From a virus, in the IMG/VR virus record IMGVR_UViG_3300032304_002285, positions 116,759 to 180,758 of that record: DNA of 64,000 nucleotides. One strand, given 5' to 3'. The notes beneath the pieces were generated by a model, which saw only the letters and a list, made by a program, of their open reading frames with translations, had not been told where the DNA came from and made no database searches. Position numbers and translations under genes: made by a program. Every line of letters begins with the position of its first letter. Within the stretch, counting starts at the first letter, position 1. Positions 53,283-62,689 of this stretch are shown one piece after another.

Positions 53283-55783
53283 TAATGGATATTAATATTG
53301 GCGATGGTGTTGCCGTAATGAGTGCTGAGAGTCGGAAGAATGAGATTCCGAAAATAGCTACCATGTTGGTATATGGTGCTGTTTATTTTAAAAATTGGTG
53401 CAGGAATAAGGATGCTGTTAATGTTATTTTGAACGGGGATTCTATTAAGATTCACGTTGCTGATTTTGAATTAGCCAATGAGATTTCTCAAGAGATTAAG
53501 GGGAATTACATTGATTTGAATGGAGGGTCTTGTTGTTTAAATTCTCCTACTGAGGTATTGAAGGTGATTGGTATGGCTCAGTCTTTGTATGCTCGTAAGA
53601 CTGATACAAGAGCCGGGAAGAAGGGCATAGTGATGTTATCGGATAATGATGGTTGTGGTTTTTGGAGGATGCGGCTTCCGGCAAGGTTTATTGAGCGGGA
53701 TGGATGGTATGCGGACATTACTTCTGCTCAGGTTGATTTTAAATCATTGTTGGAATATGACACTATTTTTGTTCAGAAGTTTCATGAATGGGATGCTTAT
53801 TACATTTTAGAGAAGCTGAAGAAAGCTGGTAAGCGGATTGTGTATGATATTGACGATGACATTTTTAATATTCCTGTGGACAATCCAGCGGCAAAGATTA
53901 TCAAGAAGGATCAACAGTTTGCTGCTTTGGAGACGATGAAGCTGGCTGACGTGGTTACAGTTTCGACTGATTACCTTAAGGATATGATTCAGGCTGGTCT
54001 TGGTCCGAAGGGGAAGGTTGAGGTTATTCCTAATGCTTTGGATTTGGTTGGGATGACTTCTGTTAAGGAGTGTGGGAGTCCGGATGGGTATAAGCGGATT
54101 TTCTGGCAGGGTGGGACGAGTCATGCTGAGGATTGGCATGTATGTATTCAGGCAATTGAGGGTATAATGAAGGAAGATGAGAGGGTTCGGCTGGTGTTGT
54201 TGGGTTATCTTCCTCCTGTGGTAATGGAGATGGTGAATCGGAATCCGGGGATGAATCTTCGGGTTGAGCACATGGGTTTTAGTGAGCCTGAGACTTATTA
54301 TCAGATGATCAAGTATGTTCGTGCTGAGGTTGGGATTTGTCCTTTGACCAATATTCAGTTTAACAATGGGAAATGTGTTGACTCATCAATGAGAGTATCA
54401 ACTGATTGTGGAATTATAGAGATTGGGAATGTAAAAAAAGACATGAAGGTGTGGAGGGATGGTTGGAAAAAAGTAGAGGGTGTATTTATAGATTCAAAGA
54501 AAGAAGGATTGGAGATTGTAACAAAACATGGATATTGTTTGCGTCTTTCTCAAGAGCATAGGATGTCTGTAGAGGGTGAATGGAAGATTGCGAAAGATTT
54601 TGTTATTGGAGATAAAATTGATATGAGTTTTGAGGATTCGGCGGTTAAGGAGAATGTAGTCTGCCCATGGCCTTCGGATAGTAGAATGAATAAGGGTGGA
54701 AGAAAGAGAAAGTTAGGGTTTAAAGGATATGGACCATCTGACCCATACGCCTTTTTGAAAGCGGAAGATGGTCCTAAAATAGAAATAACGCCAAGATGGG
54801 GAAGGATACTTGGTGCATATGTAGGGGATGGCTCTGTTGGGCAATCAACTACAATGCAAATATCATGTGATGGGATAGATCAAGATTGGATAGACCTCCT
54901 GATGGAGGACTTCAGAAAATTTGGATTTTCACCTCATACAGAATCAATTGTAACCTTTGATGGAACACCGACAAGACGGCGTGGGGTCCGAGTTTCAAAT
55001 TCTCATCTTGCTCGGTTTTTTGAAAGCTTGGGTTTATTGCGATACAGAGAAAATGGAGTACCGATTCGCGTTGTTAAGGTTCCTGACGTTATTTGGAGTT
55101 CACCAAAAGCAGTGATTGCTGAATTTTTGTCTGGATATTTTGAAGCAGACGGGACAAGCTATCAATGCGCGGTTAGCGTTGTCTCAAAAAGTCGAGATTT
55201 TTTAATGGACATTCATAGGTTGCTGTTGGTATTTGGAATTAAGTCTCGATTCTTTGAAAGAACGCATTCTTGTCAGACGTGCAAGAGAACTTATTTTAAC
55301 ATAACGTTGGCAAGAGATGCTGTAGATGTTTTCAGAAGAGAGATTGGGTTTAAGTCAAAGCGGAAAAAAGAAAAGTTGAATATTATATCGTCAAAAAAAC
55401 ATTCAAATTCTTTTAGATCAATGGAATTGTCTGATGAAATAGTTTCAATAAAACCGTATGAAATTACTCCCGTTGATATTCAAGTGCAGGGGGAAGAGTT
55501 TGTATTGTCTGGTTTTATTTCACATAATAGTAATTTAAAATATTTAGAGAACACGGTGATAGGTGTTCCTACGATTGCTTCTAATCGTGTTCCTTACTCG
55601 GTGATTAGGAATGGTGTTGATGGGATGTTGGTGAATGACAATGAGTGGTATAATGCATTAAAGGAGTTGTTGGATGATAAGGAGAAACGGAAGGGGATGT
55701 TGATTGAGGCGAGGAAGACTGTAAAGAATAGTTTTGATATTCGTCAGGTATCAGAACAATGGGCAGATGTACTTTGTAAATAA
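53279..55783 (+). CDS. GT4-like (GT-B) glycosyltransferase containing an intein
   Basis: GCGFWRMRLP, YDIDDD; spliced junction FNNGK|SNLKYLE. Confidence 0.85.
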   Translation: MIMDINIGDGVAVMSAESRKNEIPKIATMLVYGAVYFKNWCRNKDAVNVILNGDSIKIHVADFELANEISQEIKGNYIDLNGGSCCLNSPTEVLKVIGMAQSLYARKTDTRAGKKGIVMLSDNDGCGFWRMRLPARFIERDGWYADITSAQVDFKSLLEYDTIFVQKFHEWDAYYILEKLKKAGKRIVYDIDDDIFNIPVDNPAAKIIKKDQQFAALETMKLADVVTVSTDYLKDMIQAGLGPKGKVEVIPNALDLVGMTSVKECGSPDGYKRIFWQGGTSHAEDWHVCIQAIEGIMKEDERVRLVLLGYLPPVVMEMVNRNPGMNLRVEHMGFSEPETYYQMIKYVRAEVGICPLTNIQFNNGKCVDSSMRVSTDCGIIEIGNVKKDMKVWRDGWKKVEGVFIDSKKEGLEIVTKHGYCLRLSQEHRMSVEGEWKIAKDFVIGDKIDMSFEDSAVKENVVCPWPSDSRMNKGGRKRKLGFKGYGPSDPYAFLKAEDGPKIEITPRWGRILGAYVGDGSVGQSTTMQISCDGIDQDWIDLLMEDFRKFGFSPHTESIVTFDGTPTRRRGVRVSNSHLARFFESLGLLRYRENGVPIRVVKVPDVIWSSPKAVIAEFLSGYFEADGTSYQCAVSVVSKSRDFLMDIHRLLLVFGIKSRFFERTHSCQTCKRTYFNITLARDAVDVFRREIGFKSKRKKEKLNIISSKKHSNSFRSMELSDEIVSIKPYEITPVDIQVQGEEFVLSGFISHNSNLKYLENTVIGVPTIASNRVPYSVIRNGVDGMLVNDNEWYNALKELLDDKEKRKGMLIEARKTVKNSFDIRQVSEQWADVLCK
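54374..55528 (+). mobile_element. Intein (385 aa) with LAGLIDADG homing endonuclease
   Basis: Starts CVDSSMRV, ends FISHN followed by Ser; LGAYVGDGS and FLSGYFEADG. Confidence 0.93.
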
Positions 55784-55797
55784 GAAAGAAAAAGAGA

Positions 55798-56250
55798 ATG
55801 AATCCGAAGCAGAAGCCGTGGATCTGTGTAGAGAATGGTTGCAAGAAGTGTCGGAGTTTTTTTCCGAAGGAAGAGGTTCCTGATAGCTGTAATTTTTCTA
55901 TTCTTCATGGTTTAGATATTTCTGATATTGGTTTACATGAGCGGGTTAGGCGATGGGGGAAGACAACCAGGGTTATTGAATGTGTAAAGAAGTTTGAGGA
56001 TAGTGACGTTTCTATTTTTCTGGTAACGGTGAATAAAGAAATGGTTGACTATATTAAGAGGCGGCTGAATCAGAGGAATGTGACTATTTTGAGTAAAGAA
56101 TCATTTGGTGATGGTTCTGGTAGGTCTGGTTTGGTGTTTACGGATGAGATTGGTCCGGAGGATGTTGCTAAATACAAAAGCAATCGTGATTTAAGATTTG
56201 TTCTTGGGTATTACACTCGTGGCTTTGAAAGAAAAGAGTCAGGTCAGTAA
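55798..56250 (+). CDS. Small P-loop-like protein with N-terminal Cys motif
   Basis: RRWGKTT and VFTDEI. Confidence 0.4.
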   Translation: MNPKQKPWICVENGCKKCRSFFPKEEVPDSCNFSILHGLDISDIGLHERVRRWGKTTRVIECVKKFEDSDVSIFLVTVNKEMVDYIKRRLNQRNVTILSKESFGDGSGRSGLVFTDEIGPEDVAKYKSNRDLRFVLGYYTRGFERKESGQ

Positions 56251-56256
56251 GATTTA

Positions 56257-56281
56257 TTTTATATCTAGGTCTTTCTATAAA
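56257..56281 (+). promoter_or_regulatory. Promoter candidate TTTTATAT-N11-TATAAA
   Basis: Matches 45664-45688. Confidence 0.6.
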
Positions 56282-56302
56282 AGGAAAGATTAGGAGTAAG
56301 TC

Positions 56303-57232
56303 ATGTTTAATATTTTTGCTGCTTTACGTATTGCTCTTCAACCTGGGGCTGAGCTTGGTGAAATTGCTATTGGGATTATCACTGAGGATTTCATTCCGCT
56401 TACTGAGGACTTGTTGAAGAGGGAGGGTAATGAGGGGGATAAGGCTGAATTGGAAGAGCTTCTTGGTTTGTGGAAGCATTATGCAGATAAGAAAGAAGCT
56501 GATTCCAAGTTGTGGCGGAACATTGCGAATAAGTCATTGCAATATGGGGCAATGAAGTTTCCTATTTTTAAGAATGAATTGGCTGAGGTTGAGTCTAGGA
56601 TTGTTGAGGGTTTTATTACTGGTGGTAGGTATCGTAGGTCAATTGAAAGTTTTAATATCAAGGGTGGTCCGAAGGCATTTGCTGCTTATTGGAAAAGCAT
56701 TTTACACAATGAGGTATTAAATGCATTTCGTAATATAATGAAATCTTCTCCTGAGTGGGGGATTGGATATCGTAGTGATAATACTACGAATGATGAGGGT
56801 GGGGAGACTAATGTATTGGAGAGGATTCAGGCTCCGAGAAGCACAACTAATCTTGATGATCAGTTGATGAAAGACTTAAAGGAAGATTTGGACACTTATA
56901 TAGAAAATCGGTTTGGGGATAATGATGTGACGATGCAGGTTTACGAGGCATGGATGGATGCTGCTGAGAAGAAGGGTGCTGATGAGGTTAATTTCCGTCA
57001 AGATGTAGAGATTCCTCTTCAGCCGAAGTTAGAGAAATTGGGTTTGCCTTCTGGTAGGAGTTTGATTAATTTACGTTGGCGTGACTTGGTGAAGGCGATT
57101 GTTGATTTCTTTGAGAAAGAGGAGAAGATTCATCTTTCTCCGAAGTTGAAGCAGCATCTTAAGGTTGCGGAGTTTTTGGCATATGAGGCATTTCGTCAAA
57201 GATTGGCTTCTTATGTTTTGGAATTGCGTTAA
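56303..57232 (+). CDS. Possible divergent sigma-factor-like protein
   Basis: FAAYWKSILHNEVLNAFRN resembles sigma region 2; C-terminal HTH-like segment. Confidence 0.4.
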   Translation: MFNIFAALRIALQPGAELGEIAIGIITEDFIPLTEDLLKREGNEGDKAELEELLGLWKHYADKKEADSKLWRNIANKSLQYGAMKFPIFKNELAEVESRIVEGFITGGRYRRSIESFNIKGGPKAFAAYWKSILHNEVLNAFRNIMKSSPEWGIGYRSDNTTNDEGGETNVLERIQAPRSTTNLDDQLMKDLKEDLDTYIENRFGDNDVTMQVYEAWMDAAEKKGADEVNFRQDVEIPLQPKLEKLGLPSGRSLINLRWRDLVKAIVDFFEKEEKIHLSPKLKQHLKVAEFLAYEAFRQRLASYVLELR

Positions 57233-57264
57233 GGTTAATCTCGTCAATAAAGGTTTAGGGTGTT

Positions 57265-57552
57265 ATGACTCAAAAGCAAGTGTTATGCTCTAGGGTAATA
57301 TCGGTATGGGATGAGTTGTGTAGGCACGAGCCACAAATTGTTTCAGAAGCAAAAGCACTTCAATATTCTTTTGTTGTCAATAAAAAGAAGTTATTGACAT
57401 TTTCTTTGGTTGACTTGAGGTGTATGGGAATAAAGGTTTGCTCTCATTTCCAAAAGAAGGATATTAAAGCTGAGGACGCTATGGCTGACATAGGGACGTG
57501 GGCATTTACAGAATGTGATGATAGCATTCTCAAGCGGCATATAAATAAGTAA
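57265..57552 (+). CDS. Hypothetical protein
   Basis: 95-aa ORF. Confidence 0.5.
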   Translation: MTQKQVLCSRVISVWDELCRHEPQIVSEAKALQYSFVVNKKKLLTFSLVDLRCMGIKVCSHFQKKDIKAEDAMADIGTWAFTECDDSILKRHINK

Positions 57553-57582
57553 GATTTGGTAGTATCAAGGAATAGTGATTGT

Positions 57583-58044
57583 ATGGCGAATTATGATTAT
57601 CGTTGTTCCAGATGCAATACCATCCGGGAAGTTTCTCACCCCATGAAAGATTCTCCTGTAATAACTTGTTCTTGTGGTGAATCCATGAGCAAGCTTATAC
57701 GTGCTTGTAATTTTTCGATTGGGGGAGGTTTGGCTAAGGAACGGGTATTGGATCAGATGAAGAAGGAGGGGGATATCCGTGCTGATTTGAAGGTTCATCA
57801 TGGGATTGAGAATTTTACTCCTTTGGGTGGGAATACGATTGAGGATGTATATCGGGACGTAAAAGGTAATGGTTCGATGGTTAAGGATCAGTTTGCAGAA
57901 GAGAAGTATAGGAATGAGAAGAAGAAGAATGAGAAGGTAAAGGATTGGAAGCAGAAGGCTCAGAAAAGGGCTTCTAAGCGCCGGGAAGAGATGAGGGTGA
58001 GGAAGGAATCGGAAGCTGCTCAAAAAAGAGCCATAAGCTTATAA
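57583..58044 (+). CDS. FmdB-family zinc-ribbon protein
   Basis: YDYRCSRC...HPMKD...CSCG. Confidence 0.7.
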   Translation: MANYDYRCSRCNTIREVSHPMKDSPVITCSCGESMSKLIRACNFSIGGGLAKERVLDQMKKEGDIRADLKVHHGIENFTPLGGNTIEDVYRDVKGNGSMVKDQFAEEKYRNEKKKNEKVKDWKQKAQKRASKRREEMRVRKESEAAQKRAISL

Positions 58045-58087
58045 ACAGCCAGAATATTTGGTTGAGAATATTAGAGAGGGATGTAGA

Positions 58088-58552
58088 ATGATTTCGACTC
58101 AAATTCTTAATTTTGATAATTGTGACTGTGCAGAGGGGATTCGTGTTGCAACTAAGTGTTCAATTGATCTTGCCAACGTTTTTAGTTTTCCTGTAATTGA
58201 GACGAAGCTAGGCAGGGTTGGGAATCATACTGATTCGAGTATAGATGCCATTCATTTTGTTTCTTGTGGTACGATTTTATTTCCAGATTTTTACAGAGAG
58301 ATGCTTACCACATTAGAATATACGAGAATGGATTATGTAGCATGTCAGGCTGGGGTTTTGAATTTTTCTAATGGGAAATCCATGATTTTGAAGGCTGGTG
58401 AGCTTGGTTTTGAGTGTTCACAGATTATTGTCAGAAGGTGGGTATATGAAGAGCTTGGTGACTTTGAAAGTTCACCAATTGAATTTGTTAAGAAGGTGAT
58501 TGTTGATTATCGCGGTTGTGAAGTTCCTCAAGTATTATTAATGAAGGTGTAA
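58088..58552 (+). CDS. Hypothetical, weak GT-A C-terminal similarity
   Basis: QIIVRRWVYEELGDF. Confidence 0.4.
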   Translation: MISTQILNFDNCDCAEGIRVATKCSIDLANVFSFPVIETKLGRVGNHTDSSIDAIHFVSCGTILFPDFYREMLTTLEYTRMDYVACQAGVLNFSNGKSMILKAGELGFECSQIIVRRWVYEELGDFESSPIEFVKKVIVDYRGCEVPQVLLMKV

Positions 58553-58553
58553 C

Positions 58554-58823
58554 ATGGCAAAGTTAATTCGTGGGAAAGATCCAGAGAGTGATTATACTTT
58601 TGACATTTTGAAGCAATTTAGAAGTGATCGGGTTGATGATCAGAACACAATGGATTTGATGGCTATTGTGTGGAGGAGAAGTGGAAGACCCGTATTGGAG
58701 AAGCGGCGTGTATGGCATGGGAAAAAGGGTGGGACTAAGCTAAAGAAATTGGTTGGGATGAATTCTGATGATATTCAGTATATTATTGATCATCAGGAAG
58801 AGATTGTTAGTTTGTTGAAGTGA
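58554..58823 (+). CDS. PC4/YdbC-like ssDNA-binding protein candidate
   Basis: DLMAIVW...PVLEKRRVW...VGM. Confidence 0.4.
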   Translation: MAKLIRGKDPESDYTFDILKQFRSDRVDDQNTMDLMAIVWRRSGRPVLEKRRVWHGKKGGTKLKKLVGMNSDDIQYIIDHQEEIVSLLK

Positions 58824-58853
58824 GATTTTTGTGGTTTAGAGGAGAGTGTTTTC

Positions 58854-61800
58854 ATGTATAAGTATGAAGATGTTTTGGCTAATTGCACTAAATATTTTGA
58901 TGGTGATGAGTTGGCTGCATCTGTTATTGTTTCAAAGTATTTGTTAAAGGATTCAAATGGGGATTTTCTAGAAAAAGATCCTGATGACATGTTCAGGAAT
59001 CGGATTGTTCCTGAGTTTAAGAGGACAGAGGATAAATATGTGAATCCTTTGCCTTTTGATGAAATTTATGGATTGATGAATGGGTTTAGGCGTGTTCTTC
59101 CTCAGGGTTCTCCTTTGTATGGGATTGGGAACAATGAGAAGTTGATGTCCCTCGGAAATTGTTTTGTTAAGGGAACAGAGGTTCTAACAAGGGATGGTCA
59201 GAAAAAAATTGAGGATGTTAAGATTGGTGATTTTGTCCTAACGAATGGCGGGACTTGGGAGAAGGTTTCTCAGTTGCACAATAGTCCTCTTGATGGACGG
59301 CAATTGTATGAATTGAAGTGTTTTAAAACACCGGGTTTTGCTTGTACTGGCAATCACGAGTTCTTTTCTATTAGTAAGGAGCAGATTGCTTTTGGTTTGA
59401 AGCCCAAATACAATGCAACCGAATACCTTCGGGTGGGAGACTACATTGCTCTTCCTAAGAGGACAGATGCCGGAAAGATTGGCTTTGAGATTGATCTTCG
59501 GGATATTTTCAGTTTGGCATGTATAGAGATTGAAGGTTGTGCTTATGACGTTGCTCATGATGAAAAGAAGAAGGAGACTTCTTTTACATCAAAGTGGGAC
59601 AATGCTGGTACGACTTGTAGGAAACAACATAATCCAGTGAAGACAAATTGGATTGTTGATGAAGACTTTTCTTATTTTCTTGGGTTGTGGTTCGGGGATG
59701 GTTGTGTCTTTAGTCAGAACACCAAAAGAAACCTTGGGAAGAGAGAGCGGAAATCCAGGAAGGATAAGGTTTGTGATAATCCTATAAAGAAGAGTAAGAA
59801 CCGGATTCGGGGAATCACTTTCACTTTTGGGACTCACGAGGATAAGCTAATTAAGTTTGTATCAGAGTTTGGGGAAAAGTGTTTTGGTATCGTTGGAAAT
59901 ATCAATAACAGCAATGCTTCCAATACTACACAAATTACTTTTCATAGTGCTGTTATTGGATATGCCTTTGAAAGTCTTTTTGGTCGGTATTGTGATGGGA
60001 AAAGGCTTCCTTCTGACATCTATGAGTGGGATGGAGTTTTAGTTAAGAAGCTGATTCAGGGTTTGATTGATTCAGATGGGACCATTACCAAGGATGGTGG
60101 GATTTATGTCACTTTAGCCAATACTGAATTGGTGAAGAGTTTCTATTACCTTTGTCGTTCTTTTGGTATTCCTGCTGGTCTTCGCCCAATGGGTTCCAAA
60201 ATTTCTCAGATTAACTTTCCATGCTCTAATATCTTTGCTGAAAACTCTCTTAAGTCTTATGAGGATAAGAGGGTTGAGAATGGTTTTAACAAGGCTCTTT
60301 CTCCGGCAAAGGACCTTATTGAAATTGATGGTAGACTCTTTGCGAGGATTGACAAAAAGGCATTATATAATGGCTCAGATGAAAGAGTCTACAATATCGG
60401 GGTTGACAATGACCATTCCTATGTGGTAAATGGTGTTGTCTGCAAGAACTGTTTTGTTGTGGAATCTCCGGAGGACAGCTATGGAGGAATTTTAAAGACA
60501 GATCAAGAGTTGGTTCAGATCATGAAGCGGCGTGGGGGAGTTGGTACTGATATTAGTACTATTCGCCCAAAGAATTTGCCAGTAAACAATGCTGCTATTA
60601 CGACTGATGGTATTGAAGTCTTCATGAAGAGGTTCAGTAATACGACTCATGAGGTTGCACAGAATGGACGTAGGGGTGCATTGCTTCTTGGATGCCATTG
60701 TTTGCATCCTCAGATTGGGACTTTCATTACAGTAAAGAGGGATAGGAAGAAGGTAACTGGTGCAAACATTTCGGTAAAATGGACAGATGAATTTTTAAAG
60801 GCTGTTGAGAATGATGGGGAAGTTGTTTTAAGATTTCCTGTTGATAGTAAACCTGAAGATGCGATTTTTAGGGAGACTGTCAAGGCTAAGGAGATTTGGA
60901 CTGAGTTTGTTAGATCGGCTCATGCTTCTGCTGAGCCAGGGTGTTTCTTTTGGGATACTGTTATCCGCCAGTCCATTTCTGATTGTTATGCTTCCGATGG
61001 TTTTGCTACTATTTGTAGTAATCCATGCGGTGAGATTCTTATGAGCATGAATAATTCTTGTCTTTTGATGGCTTTGAATTTGGTTGGCTTTGTGAAGGAT
61101 ATGTTTAAGAAATCGGCTAAGTTTGACTTTGATGAGTTTGGGGATGTTGTCCGAAAGGCGACTCGTTTGATTGATGACTTGGTTGATCTTGAGATTGAGA
61201 AGAACGAGAAAATTCTTGAGAAGATAAAGAATGATAAGGAGTCTGATTCCATTAAGCAGGTTGAGATGAATCTGTGGAAGAATGTCATTCATTACTTAAA
61301 GAAGGGCAGGCGGGTTGGTTTGGGTGTAACGGGTCTTGCTGATATGCTTGCTATGATTGGGATCAAGTATGATTCTGATGAGTCTATGAAATTCATTGAT
61401 AATCTGTTCAGCATTTTCCATGCTGAGAATTTCCGGGAGCAGGCGATTTTGGCTAAAGAGCGTGGTGCTTTTGAGTGTTGGAATTGGGAGAAGGAAAAGG
61501 ATTGTCATTACATTAAAATTCTTCCTACTGATGTTCAGGAATTGGTTAGGCTTAATGGAAGAAGGAATATTTCTTCTACTACTTGTGCTCCGGTTGGGAG
61601 TCTTTCTTGCTGTACTCAGACTAGTAGTGGGATTGAGCCGGTGTTCAGAAGGTCTTATCAGAGACGGAAGAAGCTTTCTTTTGAAGAGGAGAAGAAGGGC
61701 ATTAAGCCTGATGATATTGATACCGATGGGAACAAGTGGATTTCCTTTGAGGTGTTTCATGAGGGTTTGAAGAAGTGGATGGAGGTTACAGGGAAGACAG

Positions 61801-62660
61801 ACGTTAAGGAGAGTCCATATTATGGTTGTGACTCTTCTGAGATTTCTTGGAGCAATCGGATTAAAATCCAGGGAATTATTCAGAAGTACATTACGCACAG
61901 CATTAGTTCAACGATTAATTTGCCCAAGGATACTACTGAGGAAGTGATTTCGGCAATTTATCTTGAGGGCTGGAAAGCTGGGTGTAAGGGGTTGACTGTT
62001 TATCGGGATGGTTGTCGGGATGGTGTTTTGATTTCAGAAGAGGTTCAGGCAGAGAAGAAGGGTGTGGATAAGGAAGGGAGACCCTTAGAGATTTCGGTTA
62101 CTCCTGCTCCTAAGCGTCCTGAATCTTTACCTGTTCATGTTTATTCTTACAATCTAAAGGGAGCAAAGTGGATTTTCTTTGTGGGTTTGTTTAATGGGAA
62201 GCCATATGAGATTTTCGGAGGCAAGGAAGAGTTTATTACTTTGCCGAAGAAATACATTAAGAGCAATGAGACGAAGAATGTTTGGATTCTTAAGGAGAGG
62301 AAGGAGAAGGGTTGTTGTCAGTATTCTGTAGTTCTCGGGTCTCTTGATAAGACCAATGAGGATTATCAGAAGATTGATGACATTGCCAGTCTTTTCCCTG
62401 CTGAGATGGGGACTCCTACTCGATTGATTTCTGCTTTATTGCGCCATGGGATGCGTATTCAGGATATCATTGAGCAGTTGAAGAAAGTTCCTCAAGAGGA
62501 TTCGATGTTCACTTTTGAGTCTGGGGTTCGTCGTGTTTTGAAGAATTATGTTTTGGATGGTGTTCAATTAAAGGAGAAGTGTAAGGAGTGCAGTGGGGAC
62601 ATGGTGTATGAGAATGGTTGTGCTTCTTGTAAGAATTGCGGTTATTCAAAGTGTTCGTGA
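58854..62660 (+). CDS. nrdJ: Class II (B12-dependent) ribonucleotide reductase with intein
   Basis: GSPLYGIG, GN|CFV, RRGGVG, SNPCGEI, TTCAPVG, TSSGIEP and terminal CxxC...GC..C..CG.SKC. Confidence 0.95.
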   Translation: MYKYEDVLANCTKYFDGDELAASVIVSKYLLKDSNGDFLEKDPDDMFRNRIVPEFKRTEDKYVNPLPFDEIYGLMNGFRRVLPQGSPLYGIGNNEKLMSLGNCFVKGTEVLTRDGQKKIEDVKIGDFVLTNGGTWEKVSQLHNSPLDGRQLYELKCFKTPGFACTGNHEFFSISKEQIAFGLKPKYNATEYLRVGDYIALPKRTDAGKIGFEIDLRDIFSLACIEIEGCAYDVAHDEKKKETSFTSKWDNAGTTCRKQHNPVKTNWIVDEDFSYFLGLWFGDGCVFSQNTKRNLGKRERKSRKDKVCDNPIKKSKNRIRGITFTFGTHEDKLIKFVSEFGEKCFGIVGNINNSNASNTTQITFHSAVIGYAFESLFGRYCDGKRLPSDIYEWDGVLVKKLIQGLIDSDGTITKDGGIYVTLANTELVKSFYYLCRSFGIPAGLRPMGSKISQINFPCSNIFAENSLKSYEDKRVENGFNKALSPAKDLIEIDGRLFARIDKKALYNGSDERVYNIGVDNDHSYVVNGVVCKNCFVVESPEDSYGGILKTDQELVQIMKRRGGVGTDISTIRPKNLPVNNAAITTDGIEVFMKRFSNTTHEVAQNGRRGALLLGCHCLHPQIGTFITVKRDRKKVTGANISVKWTDEFLKAVENDGEVVLRFPVDSKPEDAIFRETVKAKEIWTEFVRSAHASAEPGCFFWDTVIRQSISDCYASDGFATICSNPCGEILMSMNNSCLLMALNLVGFVKDMFKKSAKFDFDEFGDVVRKATRLIDDLVDLEIEKNEKILEKIKNDKESDSIKQVEMNLWKNVIHYLKKGRRVGLGVTGLADMLAMIGIKYDSDESMKFIDNLFSIFHAENFREQAILAKERGAFECWNWEKEKDCHYIKILPTDVQELVRLNGRRNISSTTCAPVGSLSCCTQTSSGIEPVFRRSYQRRKKLSFEEEKKGIKPDDIDTDGNKWISFEVFHEGLKKWMEVTGKTDVKESPYYGCDSSEISWSNRIKIQGIIQKYITHSISSTINLPKDTTEEVISAIYLEGWKAGCKGLTVYRDGCRDGVLISEEVQAEKKGVDKEGRPLEISVTPAPKRPESLPVHVYSYNLKGAKWIFFVGLFNGKPYEIFGGKEEFITLPKKYIKSNETKNVWILKERKEKGCCQYSVVLGSLDKTNEDYQKIDDIASLFPAEMGTPTRLISALLRHGMRIQDIIEQLKKVPQEDSMFTFESGVRRVLKNYVLDGVQLKEKCKECSGDMVYENGCASCKNCGYSKCS
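59160..60449 (+). mobile_element. Intein (430 aa) with LAGLIDADG endonuclease, ending Lys-Asn
   Basis: Starts CFVKGTEV, ends VVCKN followed by Cys; FLGLWFGDG and LIQGLIDSDG. Confidence 0.95.
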
Positions 62661-62689
62661 GGGGTAGCAGTAAAACAAAGGAGAGTAAG

